From Octopus sinensis (Eukaryota), in the NCBI RefSeq assembly GCF_006345805.1, contig NC_043002.1, forward strand, positions 16,864,001 through 16,928,000: a stretch of 64,000 nt of DNA. Reading direction: 5' to 3'. The position numbers and the translations under genes are program-made. Of this stretch, positions 12,450 to 24,235 are shown in pieces. The notes under the pieces were generated by a model. It made no database searches and had not been told where the DNA came from. It was given only the letters and a program-made list of their open reading frames with translations. Each line of letters opens with the position of its first letter. Position 1 is the first letter of the stretch.

Positions 12450-12830
12450 TACAGGGTAAATGTTTTTTAATTTTCTCCTGGTTTACGGAATTAATGTTAT
12501 TTTGCGGTTGAAGCTTTGGCTGTTATTTCTAGTGGGTGAATGGCCTATTATGGCCGTTCCTTGATTGTTGATGTTGAACTTAAAAATGGTCTATGACTAT
12601 TTAATTTTTTCCCACTAGGCCGCTGGTGGCAAAAAAATTCTACAAAATTGTTTGCCACTCTATATTGATTAATTATGAATTTTCTGGTTAATTCCATAAT
12701 GGAATCGGCGGCTTATATTTATTTGCTGCCGATAAATTTGGCGCGAGTGCGATGATTTGAAAATTTTAGGTCAGATATTGCCGAGGCAGGGACAGAAATG
12801 CCTCGTGAAAATATCTGTTCCGATCTGGCT

Positions 12831-12937
12831 ATTTCTTACTGACGAATCTAAGGGCCTATAGAAGATTGGCTTGATTTAATTTAATCAGGTTAGTTTACCA
12901 TTAAACAGTAGATGAAACGGTGCATCGTATAAGAAAT
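12831..12937 (+). ncRNA. Type I hammerhead ribozyme, unit 2
   Basis: Same elements as unit 1; predicted cut after 12929. Confidence 0.82.
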
Positions 12938-13317
12938 TACAGGGTAAATGTTTTTTAATTTTCTCCTGGTTTACGGAATTAATGTTATTTTGCGGTTGAA
13001 GCTTTGGCTGTTATTTCTAGTGGGTGAATGGCCTATTATGGCCGTTCCTTGATTGTGATGTTGAACTTAAAAATGGTCTATGACTATTTAATTTTTTCCC
13101 ACTAGGCCGCTGGTGGCAAAAAAATTCTACAAAATTTTTTGCCACCCTACCTTGATTAATTATGAATTTTCTGGTTAATTCCGTAATGGAATCGGCGGCT
13201 TATATTTATTTGCTGCCGATAAATTTGGCGCGAGTGCGATGATTTGAAAATTTTAGGTCAGATATTGCCGAGGCAGGGACAGAAATGCCTCGTGAAAATA
13301 TCTGTTCCGATCTCGCT

Positions 13318-13424
13318 ATTTCTTACTGACGAATCTAAGGGCCTATGGAAGATTGACTTGATTTAATTTAATCAGGTTAGTTTACCATTAAACAGTAGAT
13401 GAAACGGTGCATCGTATAAGAAAT
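13318..13424 (+). ncRNA. Type I hammerhead ribozyme, unit 3
   Basis: Same elements as unit 1; predicted cut after 13416. Confidence 0.82.
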
Positions 13425-13541
13425 TACAGGGTAAATGTTTTTTAATTTTCTCCTGGTTTACGGAATTAATGTTATTTTGCGGTTGAAGCTTTGGCTGTTA
13501 TTTCTAGTGGATGAATGGCCTATTATGGCTGTTCCTTGATT

Positions 13542-13545
<4 letters not shown>

Positions 13546-13587
<42 letters not shown>

Positions 13588-14360
13588 ATATTATATATAT
13601 ATATCTACATACACATGCATACACACACACACACAAACATGCACGGACACACCCAGACATAAACACATACACCTATATACACACGCCCACACACCTACAT
13701 ACACACACATATACACACGCCCACACACCCACATACACACACATACATACACACACATACACGGACACACCCATACATACTTACATACATACACCTATAC
13801 ACACACGCCTACACACCTACATACACATACATGCATACACACACACACACATGTACGCACATACACACACATATACGCACATACATATATACCCACACAC
13901 ATGCACACACACATGCACACACACACACACACACATACGCACATGCATGCATGCATGCATGCACACGCGCACACCTACACGCATACACACACACACACGC
14001 ACGTACACATACATACATACACACACGCATACATACACCCATACGCATACATGCATCCTACACACACATACATACACACTCACACATACATACACACACA
14101 CACACTCACTCACACACCTGTATGTACGCGCACACACATGCACATACACACACTTCCCCACATCCACACGTACATACATACACACTCACACACATATACA
14201 CACACACACACACACACGGACATACATCTATGCACACACATACATCTATGCACACACATACATACACACATACTTACATACATTCATCGGACACACTGCC
14301 ACCCGGACATACACACAGACACACTCACACATCCACACACATACATACTTACGCACATAC
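13546..14360. repeat. (TA)n followed by about 750 bp of degenerate (AC)-rich simple sequence
   Basis: Read directly; explains the HT/VC-rich spurious ORFs. Confidence 0.95.
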
Positions 14361-15214
14361 TCGTAGGCGCGCGCACGCACGCGCTTGCGCCGGTTCGCGC
14401 ACGCATACGCTCCGCAGGCACCTCGCTCTTGGACCCGACGAGACCTTCCGCCCGTTCCTGGGACCGTCGCGTGTCGTTGGGTTTTCCCACGCCGTCTCCC
14501 GGGACCACTCTTCCATCTTCCCCTCAGCTGGAGTCCTTTTTCCTTAACCCCCCCCCCCTTTTTCGTTACACACACGCGCACACATATACACATTGCTTAA
14601 ATATATACGTTACTCTTACACACATTCAATCTACTCGCCATTAATACCACCACGACACTGGACACACACACACACTACTACTCAACACACGCTGGCACGC
14701 TACATACGCCCCCACCCCTTCCCCTCCCTCCCTTCCTCCTTCCTTCTTTTTCTTACTACTGACCTTGTCTGCTAAGCTGACCACTAGTCTCGCCCTACCT
14801 CACACGCCTACACACAGACGCACACACTAACACACACATATATATTTTTGTGTTTTTTCATCTCGCCTCACACACACACATACACACACGCACACGCACA
14901 CACTCACACATACACACACATCTGTTGCGTAACCAACCTTATCTCCACTCTTTTGCCTTTAAAACCCACTTTGCTCTGTTTTCGTAAACATCCGCCTTTC
15001 ACCATGTGCAACTCGTAAACACCAGTCGTCTTTTTTCTCTTTCCCTGTTGCCCGCTCTGGGATCTTTCTTTCCTCTCTCTTCCTTCTTTATGTTTCCGAC
15101 GAAGAGCTCCGCTCGAAACGTCATACCTCCCTGCTTCCATTTCCTGAGCGCCTATTAATAATAATACTGTAATTGTTCCATTGTTGTTGTTTTTTTGTTT
15201 CCCGTTTGGATTAA

Positions 15215-15220
<6 letters not shown>
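14361..15220 (+). mobile_element. Probable PLE 3' region with a GC-rich patch and a decayed HHR
   Basis: GC-rich segment at 14365-14540. 15096-15122 reads CCGACGA-A-GAGC-TCC-GCTC-GAAAC-GTC (HHR core with U4 changed to C). An AT tail and (TA)n follow. Confidence 0.5.
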
Positions 15221-15257
<37 letters not shown>

Positions 15258-15658
15258 TATTGTATAAAAGGTCTTCAGTAAGGCCAAAATAATGCGGAGA
15301 AAATGCAAGGTAAATCACAAGAAAACAAACGTGTAAATAAATGTAGACTTACCTTGTATTCAATATTTCGGGGTTATGACCCATTTTGAAGAAATTGACG
15401 GGTGTCCATTTCTTGAAAATGGGGTCGTTAGTAAATGGGGTCATAGAACGGGTTATTAAATCAGATAGTTTTGGCTTCCCCACGATTTTATACAATATTT
15501 TTTACACAATGCTTCACAGTAATTATTCCTATTTATATATACATATACTTCATTTCATCTAGTTTCAGCTCACGAGCTGTGGCTATGCTGGTGCACTGCC
15601 CTTCGGTGTAGCTACATGATCTTACTTCAAGAATACTTCTTAGCAATTGATATAAATA

Positions 15659-15882
15659 CTCTCTTTTTACTCTTTTACTTGTTTCCGTCATTTGACTGCA
15701 GCCGTGCTGGTGCACCGCCTTTAGTCGAGCAAATCGACTTATTCTTTGTAAGCCCAGTACTTATTCTATCGGTCTCTTTTGCCGAACCGCCAAGTAACGG
15801 GTACGTAAACACACCAGTATCGGTTGTCAAGCAATGCTAGGAGGACAAACACAGATACACAAACACACAAATACACACATAC

Positions 15883-15890
<8 letters not shown>
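15659..15890 (-). mobile_element. SINE family A, 3' half
   Basis: Reverse complement of GCGGTTCGGCAAAAGAGACCGATAGAATAAGTACTGGGC...GAAACAAGTAAAAGAG. Confidence 0.85.
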
Positions 15891-15922
<32 letters not shown>

Positions 15923-15952
15923 TGAGAGAGAGAGAGACAGTTACATAGAGTT

Positions 15953-16016
<64 letters not shown>

Positions 16017-16363
16017 GTATGTATATTACATATACGTATATCTACATATGTATGCAAGCGCAAATACACATTAATACCAATACTTCTCTTTGTGTCTTCT
16101 CGTCTAGTATTAAATCTACTATTCTATAACATCTTTCATTCACTGCTTCGAATATCTGATATCATTAAAATTCGTATTGTAATGGTGTATTACTATACTC
16201 TGACGTATGGCATTAAATACTACATTGCCACTTATCAACTTCCGAAGTCTAATTTAGCCTTGCGTTTGCTATACGAATCGTTCGTTTATATGTTACATTT
16301 CGACTTATCCACTCAAAAAACGTCATTCTCTTCTACTCTAGGTACGTAAAGACAGACGAAATA

Positions 16364-16830
16364 TCTATTTCTTTACTACTCACAAGGGGCTAAAACAGAA
16401 GGGACAAACAAGGACAGACAAACGGATTAAGTCGATTATAGTGACACCAGTGCGTAACTGGTACTTATTTAATTGACCCCGAAAGGATGAAAAGCAAAGT
16501 CGACCTCGACGGAATTTGAACTCAGAACGTAACGGCAGACGAAATACGGTTGCGCGTTTCGCCCGGCGTGGTAACGTTTCAGCCAGCTCGCCGCCTTGTG
16601 AAGACAGATGAAATATCTATTTCTTTACTACCCACAAGGGACTAAACACAAAGGAGACAAACAAGGACAGACAAACGGATTAAGGCGATTATATCGACCC
16701 CAGTGCGTAAGTGGTACTTATTTAATCGACCCCGAAAGGATTAACGGCAAAGTCGACCTCGGTGGACTTTGAACTCAGGACATCACGGTAGACGAAAGAC
16801 TGCTACGCATTTCGCCCGATGTGTTAACGT
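16364..16830 (-). mobile_element. Two adjacent SINE family B copies
   Basis: Copies at about 16364-16598 and 16617-16830. Both are preceded by AAGACAGA(C/T)GAAATATCTATTTC, consistent with one copy inserting at the tail of the other. Confidence 0.9.
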
Positions 16831-17829
16831 TTCTGCCAGCTCAGCATATCCTTTTATGAAAGTTCATTACAACGTATTTCTTTATAGAACTACAGATTTG
16901 CTTAACGTTTTACAAATCTACAGTACGACATACATTTATAATGTTCTCTCAGGGCGATTTAAAACTATTTGTTAGCCACTTTAATCACGCAACCGACAAA
17001 CTACACTTTAGCAGGAATTGTCACTTGTCTATAAGAATATATGAAACAACATGCGATATAATTTTACCCCATAAATGATATCTTGATTTGAAGACTATTG
17101 TAATTGGTTCAGTAACCTTAGAAATAAATTTTAATTCCTAACACAGCTTTGCCTTTGTTATTAATTCTTCTGTTTGGGGTATATAGATGTGTAATTGTAG
17201 TCTTAAGTTGTTGATGTATACTCTCAGTATAAATCAGCATGACTTATAAATTATGAATATGATGCCATGTCTCATATTCCAATGGTTACTATAAAATAGA
17301 TAATAACAGATACTATAGCTTTTATTATTTTTACATATGGTATTGCAGACTTAAAAATTGTTACGTGAAAAATATAGTTATCTATAAAGTAAATATCGTA
17401 TTCCAAATTTCAAAATAAAACATTATTCTGTATTCTATCGTTTTCTGTTAATAATGGACCAATTGTTATTGAAATTCAGAAAAGCAAATGTTAAAAATAA
17501 GTTAGTGTTTGAATTACTTCGTATCAAATATATGGGTATTTTCACAATGCACACTATTTTTCCGTCGAGAATATACCACTACGTATTACTGAAGTGAGTC
17601 GAATAGAGAAATGAATAATTATTACAAGTTTTATTGCATGAATCATTGAAAGAATAATTTCCCTTGCCTCTCACTAAACTGACGTGCTACCATCTACCTT
17701 CAATTGATACCTACATAACAAACTGAGCTATGCTACTTATATCGAATTTATCAAGGGAAATTCATTTACAGATATACCGACATTACTGCAGATATAGTGT
17801 GGCATGAGCGTGCTTTCAAGACATATATG

Positions 17830-17860
17830 CCTGTAGTAGTAGTATTAGTAGTAGTAGTAT

Positions 17861-17893
<33 letters not shown>

Positions 17894-18071
17894 CAGTAGC
17901 AGCAGTAGCAGTAATAGCAGCGGCACGTAATTGTAGTAGTAATGGCATCAACAGCAATAGTAGCAGCAGCAATAGTAATAGTAGTGGTAGTAGTAGTAGC
18001 AGCAGTAGCAGCAATAGCAGCAGCAGCAGTAGTAATAGCATTAGCAGCAGTAGGGCAGCAGCAGCAGCAAC

Positions 18072-18123
<52 letters not shown>

Positions 18124-18137
18124 ATAGTAGTAGTAGT
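17830..18137. repeat. Compound (TAG)n/(CAG)n trinucleotide repeat
   Basis: Read directly. Confidence 0.95.
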
Positions 18138-18614
18138 AGACGCCTCTTCATTTTTTAATTAGATTTTTAAGTTGTAACCGATATATTCATTTGGGTGCAG
18201 ATCATCATGTTGATGAAATTAAAGATTTCGATATAACGATGTGAATCTCTTTAATATGCTGTTCCAACACCATGTTATTGCCTACCTGTACAGTGGCTAA
18301 GATATGTCGCTGTCTAAGGTGAAAAGTGTATGGAACTGACTTGTCCCAGGTACATGAAACCGAAATCTCTATAAATCTTATTTTAAAATAGCAACACAAA
18401 GATATACTCAGTCAGATTTCTTATTGCCACATCATTGAGAAATGTCTGGATTTCAAATCGCGATGACATGAGAAATTATTGGTGGATAATAGAACATATT
18501 TCTGCTATTCTTTTTATATCATTAGCAACAAAACATGGAAAATATATTGACTAGATTTCCTTAAGTGTTTTCAAATAATTAGTCAATATTAGAGAATTTA
18601 ACCCGCATACTATA

Positions 18615-18757
18615 CCCGTTACTTAGCGGTTCGGCAAAAGAGACCGATAGAATAAGTACTGGGCTTAGAAAAGAATAAGTCCCGGGTCGAGTTGCTCGAT
18701 TAAAGGCGGTACTCCAACATGGCCGCAGTCAAATGACTGAAACAAGTAAAAAGAGTA
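18615..18757 (+). mobile_element. SINE family A, 3' fragment
   Basis: CCCGTTACTTAGCGGTTCGGCAAAAGAGACC...GAAACAAGTAAAAAGAG. Confidence 0.85.
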
Positions 18758-19181
18758 TACTCATTGATAGTTGGAGAGGATATTCCAAACACCATTTTTC
18801 CATTGATGGATCTGACGTACTCTGAAACATATATAAAGTAAGCTATATTAAAGAAACAAAAGATGTTCAGCTGTTCTCCACTATTAAACCTACACAATGA
18901 AAGAATATCTAACTTATAGCTATATGCTTTGCAAATATGAAAATGAAAAAATGGAGATATCATAAAATTATGAATACATACAGCTGGATGTGGTGACGAA
19001 ACAGCGTAAGTATGGTTTCCTTTCCAACCGATTATGTATTCTGAAAACACAAGATGTCAAGCAACAATTGAAATGCATTCAGCATCCGCTTTCTTATAAT
19101 ATAATTTAAAAAGGTACGTCTTTTTATTTTCATTATTTCTAAGGAAAATAGATCACTTCTATGTAAATACATACATACATA

Positions 19182-19223
<42 letters not shown>

Positions 19224-19283
19224 TATATATACATACAACATATATATATATATACATACATACATATATATATAATATATATA

Positions 19284-19332
<49 letters not shown>

Positions 19333-19492
19333 ATATATATATACACATATATATATATAAGATATATATGGTCATCTTCTCCTATTGCTAAATACAAACA
19401 CGGCACTACCTTCAAATTTATTATTGTTCTTATTTTCTAACCTTTCTCTCTCTCTGCAGACATCTTTAAGGGGCCTCCATTCCATGTATATA

Positions 19493-19523
<31 letters not shown>

Positions 19524-19533
19524 CTGCTGCTGC

Positions 19534-19573
<40 letters not shown>

Positions 19574-19589
19574 TAATAATAATAATATA

Positions 19590-20146
19590 AACATGCCCTG
19601 ATGCAGTACCAGGCAGTGGCTCTCATGGCTTCTGATCTAACTGATTGGAAGTGTTATCATGTACATTGTTTTGTCTTGGTATAAAAGATGGGATACAGCA
19701 AATATTCTGCTCAATACCACAGATTTGCTTGTCAGTTGTTTGACCATAACCATTTGAGCATGTCCCTTAGTGGGTGACGATATGTGCATCTCTGATCACG
19801 AGCAGAAGTAGTGGGGGAGCATCATAGCCATGTGTTGAGAGGGATTCTTTGGGGTTTGAATAGTTCACCTCTGGAAACATGGGTGGTTCTTTCAACATCC
19901 TTAAACAACCCTTATTCAGGGACCGTTTGAGCGGGATGGGCTACTCAACCTGAAGAAAATTCTAACTGGGCCCCACCTGCAAGGTCATGTGCTGTTTATC
20001 TTGATATGAGATCACCATGTCGCGCCATATGGTTGTGATGCATGTGCCTGGTGTACCTTTATCAGACGGGTAGTCATGATGGGTATATTGGGCTTCGTAT
20101 ATTTTACCCCAGTGTCACTGTGATGGCATGAACTGCTCTCTTACTC

Positions 20147-20148
<2 letters not shown>
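19590..20148. repeat. About 560-bp higher-GC insert bounded by (AAT)n on both sides; probable retroposed interspersed repeat
   Basis: (TAA)n at 19535-19589 and 20149-20200 flank a compositionally distinct block. Only one copy in the window. Confidence 0.5.
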
Positions 20149-20180
<32 letters not shown>

Positions 20181-20249
20181 GTAATAATAATAGTAATGAT
20201 GATAATAATAGTACAGTTATATATATATAATTATATATATTATATATAC

Positions 20250-21338
20250 ATAAAGAAAGAGAGAGAAATGAAGACAGAAAGAATGAAAGAATAATTTATA
20301 GAGAAAAAGAGAGAGAGAGAAAGAAGGGTGAGTAGAATAATAGCTTAACAGATATTTAACATTGTGGTATCAGTCCACGTTATTGTAAGATTTTTGGTGG
20401 GAGTTGGACATGTCCACCTTGTCAGATATTCGAATATCCCACGTGATGGACTCGCCTTAGTTGCCCAGGAAGATTAAAGTAATGTGGATCTTACTCTAAA
20501 TTTATGTAACTCCAACGAAATATGTTGAGTGTTACTTTATTTCGTTTGATCATAACTCATCTGTGTAGAATATAGTACTGGCTTCTTGAAGCAGAAGACT
20601 AAAACAACGATAGCATTAAAAATATATATATAGGCTGTACATTTATTTCAGTTACTCTGTAGAAATTATTTTCCGTTTTTCCTCTCATTTTTCTTTCTCT
20701 CTCAATCACACAAACAGCCTCAAACACGCTCATACATATACTCCCTGTATCTTTCCCTCTCCACTGCAAACACTCTTCCATATTTTCAATACATACATTC
20801 CGCCATTACACCGAAACATCTCATTCATGCGGATATTTTCTAACTCCACTGTCTCCAGTAATCATTAAATAGGATCTATTTCTATGGAATCTTGGCTACA
20901 TTTCTGCATTAACCTGTTTCTATATTATACGAAATGTAAATAGTCTTGAAACTTTTAATCAGGCGACGGAAAACATTCATCAATTGTTCTAGATCATTAG
21001 AATTCATATGGTCTTAAGGAAAATTATAAAGTTTGCATTTCTATAATGTCTAGATATCATGAAATCGCATAGTTACTTAAGAGCGTGTAACTATATTGTC
21101 ATTGTGTGTGAATACGATCAAGAAAGAGAGTTATCACTTATGTATATAGCATATGTATGCGAATGAGTATATTATGACATGTTTCACGCACGAATATATG
21201 CAGTATTCGTATGTGAATGCATACTCTAAACAAAAACGTACACCCCATATATATATGTATGTGTGTGTGCTTGTATGAGTTATGTACACACACAATTATA
21301 TATGCATTCATGAATGTATGTGCAAGTCCATAAATATG

Positions 21339-21382
<44 letters not shown>

Positions 21383-22475
21383 ATATACATAAAGAAAGAG
21401 AGAGAAATGAAGACAGAAAGAATGAAAGAATAATTTATAGAGAAAAAGAGAGAGAGAGAAAGAAGGGTGAGTAGAATAATAGCTTAACAGATATTTAACA
21501 TTGTGGTATCAGTCCACGTTATTGTAAGATTTTTGGTGGGAGTTGGACATGTCACCTTGTCAGATATTCGAATATCCCACGTGATGGACTCGCCTTAGTT
21601 GCCCAGGAAGATTAAAGTAATGTGGATCTTACTCTAAATTTATGTAACTCCAACGAAATATGTTGAGTGTTACTTTATTTCGTTTGATCATAACTCATCT
21701 GTGTAGAATATAGTACTGGCTTCTTGAAGCAGAAGACTAAAACAACGATAGCATTAAAAATATATATATAGGCTGTACATTTATTTCAGTTACTCTGTAG
21801 AAATTATTTTCCGTTTTTCCTCTCATTTTTCTTTCTCTCTCAATCACACAAACAGCCTCAAACACGCTCATACATATACTCCCTGTATCTTTCCCTCTCC
21901 ACTGCAAACACTCTTCCATATTTTCAATACATACATTCCGCCATTACACCGAAACATCTCATTCATGCGGATATTTTCTAACTCCACTGTCTCCAGTAAT
22001 CATTAAATAGGATCTATTTCTATGGAATCTTGGCTACATTTCTGCATTAACCTGTTTCTATATTATACGAAATGTAAATAGTCTTGAAACTTTTAATCAG
22101 GCGACGGAAAACATTCATCAATTGTTCTAGATCATTAGAATTCATATGGTCTTAAGGAAAATTATAAAGTTTGCATTTCTATAATGTCTAGATATCATGA
22201 AATCGCATAGTTACTTAAGAGCGTGTAACTATATTGTCATTGTGTGTGAATACGATCAAGAAAGAGAGTTATCACTTATGTATATAGCATATGTATGCGA
22301 ATGAGTATTTATGACATGTTTCACGCACGAATATATGCAGTATTCGTATGTGAATGCATACTCTAAACAAAAACGTACACCCCATATATATATGTATGTG
22401 TGTGTGCTTGTATGAGTTATGTACACACACAATTATATATGCATTCATGAATGTATGTGCAAGTCCATAAATATG

Positions 22476-22510
<35 letters not shown>
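20250..22510 (+). repeat. Near-identical 1138-bp tandem duplication bounded by (TA)n
   Basis: Identical spurious ORFs at 20599-20781 and 21737-21919 (offset 1138). The differences I noticed are 1-bp indels and TA length. Confidence 0.95.
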
Positions 22511-22535
<25 letters not shown>

Positions 22536-22537
<2 letters not shown>

Positions 22538-23580
22538 GAAAAAACAAGTCAAAAATAGAAAATGCTAAAATAATTTTATAGTGAACATTTCACTACCGGT
22601 TTCGGTCATTTTGAGACGTTTTCAACTGTAACGATTAAACAATTAAATTTAGAAAAATTAGAAGAAAAGTTTTTTTAAAGGAATATTTCTATAGTAGTGT
22701 TCAGATATAAGTGGCATTCTGCCTTTCTCTCACTCCCTTGTTTGCACTTGTGTGTTGGAGGTCGTTGTGAGTTCTTGGTAGAGTAGTAGAGGAAGAAGGC
22801 TGATGAGGAAAGGGGGTGGGAGAATCTGGGAGTGCCCTGATTGTTGTATTTTGAATGGTCAGTGGCGGCTGGCAGTTGCAGTTCAATTCAGGAGAATATT
22901 TCTATTGAAAGGCTTGTTTATAGAATTTGCGTAGGTGTTATACTAAAAAACATTAGTGACAAAGTTAAGGGGTAGAAGGTGGAGAAGTAGCAGAAGAAGA
23001 AGAAGAAGAAGAAGAAGAAGATGACGATGTTGATGATGATGATGATGAAGAAGAAGAAGAAGAAGAAGAAGAAGAAGAAGGAGAAGGAGAAGATGACGAT
23101 GATGGTGATGGTGGTGATGATTATGACGACGATGATGATGATAATGATGATGATGAAGAAGAAGAAGAAGAAGAAGAAAAAAAAAACAGAGAAGGGAGAA
23201 TATGAATGGGTTAAAGTAGTGAGGTGTTGTATGACTTGAAGTTGGCATGTTATGGATTATAGCTGTGATTTTAGCTGTGATTAGTAATGGATTCTTTGGA
23301 ATGTAATATTTGTGTGTGAATATTTCTTTTATTCTAAAGTTGAGGTATATTAATTGTTTGTCGTAGACCCGTTAAGAAGTGGCCTGTATTTTGCAATAAA
23401 GAGAGTTTCTTTACTTATTCGTTGTCTCGAGGTTGTATCGTCCCTAAATTGGTAGAGGGGGAAAATCCTGAAGCTTGGTGTTTTTTGTTGGCGCAAGTAT
23501 CTATGTGTTGGCTAAAAGCTATTTTTCTGTTTTGGGGAATTTTTATCTGGGATCTTTTATCTGGGAATTTTTATGTGGGA
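22536..23580 (-). mobile_element. 5'-truncated Penelope-like element (GIY-YIG C-terminus, 3' UTR, decayed HHR) inserted in (TA)n
   Basis: Minus-strand translation near 23350-23500: FSQHIDTCANKKH / FRIFPLYQFRDDTTSRQRISKETLFIAKYRPLLNG (PLE GIY-YIG end, E...I....P.LN). HHR-like TTGAAAA-CGTC...GACC-GAAAC-CG-GTA at about 22590-22630. Confidence 0.72.
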
Positions 23581-23588
23581 TATATATA

Positions 23589-23652
<64 letters not shown>

Positions 23653-23984
23653 CATATATTTATGTATGTATCTCTCCATATACAATCACGTGTATGCGTG
23701 TGTATTCGTGTGTAAGTGTGTATATGTATTTATCGATCTACGTCTGTATGTACTAAAATATATGACAAACGAATGGGAAATTATGCAACGTACTTCATTA
23801 ACTTACAGATGTTTCTGTTTTAAGATACAGTGCATACTGAGGTGAATGCTTGTGCATAACCATTTGGGCAAGCATTTACTTATATTAAGATCAGCACCAT
23901 GGAAATCTATAAAGATACATGAGAATTGGAATACAGCGTGTAAAGGGTCAAATAACCTCCCAAAAATATATAGATTTAGATGAT

Positions 23985-24235
23985 ACGTTATTTAGATTAT
24001 TTACATTTGACAGATATTTGTCCTCGTCTTGTTTGTTGTTAACACAACATTTCGGCTAATATCACCCCCAGCCTTTATCAGGTGTCTTGGAAAACTTTCG
24101 AAACTGATGAAGGCTGGAAGGTATATCAGCCGAAACGTTGTGCTAACAACAAACAAGATGAGGACAAATATTCGTCAAATGTAAATAATGTAAAGAATAT
24201 AAATAATTCTTCATTCATTAAATATAGAACTGTAT
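23985..24235. mobile_element. Palindromic HHR-containing mini-element with a 12-bp TSD
   Basis: About 90-bp inverted arms. Plus-strand HHR core CTGATGA-A-GGCTG...CAGCC-GAAAC-GTT at 24104-24139; decayed minus-strand copy at 24041-24086. TSD GATTTAGATGAT at 23973-84 and 24236-47. Confidence 0.85.

Larger units (their letters stand above)
11931..13545 (+). mobile_element. Non-coding 488-bp HHR tandem repeat (retrozyme/PLE-terminal-repeat-like) with a 5' inverted copy
   Basis: GATCT(G/C)GCTATTTC recurs at 12334, 12822 and 13309 (period 488/487, nearly identical). 11931-12333 is the reverse complement of part of the unit. (TA)n on both sides; no ORF. Confidence 0.92.

Noticed and set aside
11931-13545. 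Interpreting the 488-bp repeats, or any repeat here, as a CRISPR array or a classical satellite
   Set aside because: No short repeats with unique spacers and no cas genes in eukaryotic context; only about three units plus an inverted copy.
13511-14644. 377-aa and other long His/Thr, Ile/Tyr or Val/Cys-rich ORFs (also at 2.6k, 10-12k, 32k and 40k)
   Set aside because: Translations of (AC)n, (TA)n and (TG)n microsatellites; stop-free by composition.
15360-15450. Imperfect hairpin GACCCATTTTGAAGAAAT/ATTTCTTGAAAATGGGGTC with a faint HHR-like minus-strand reading
   Set aside because: The core would need at least three changes; only a short inverted repeat is supported.
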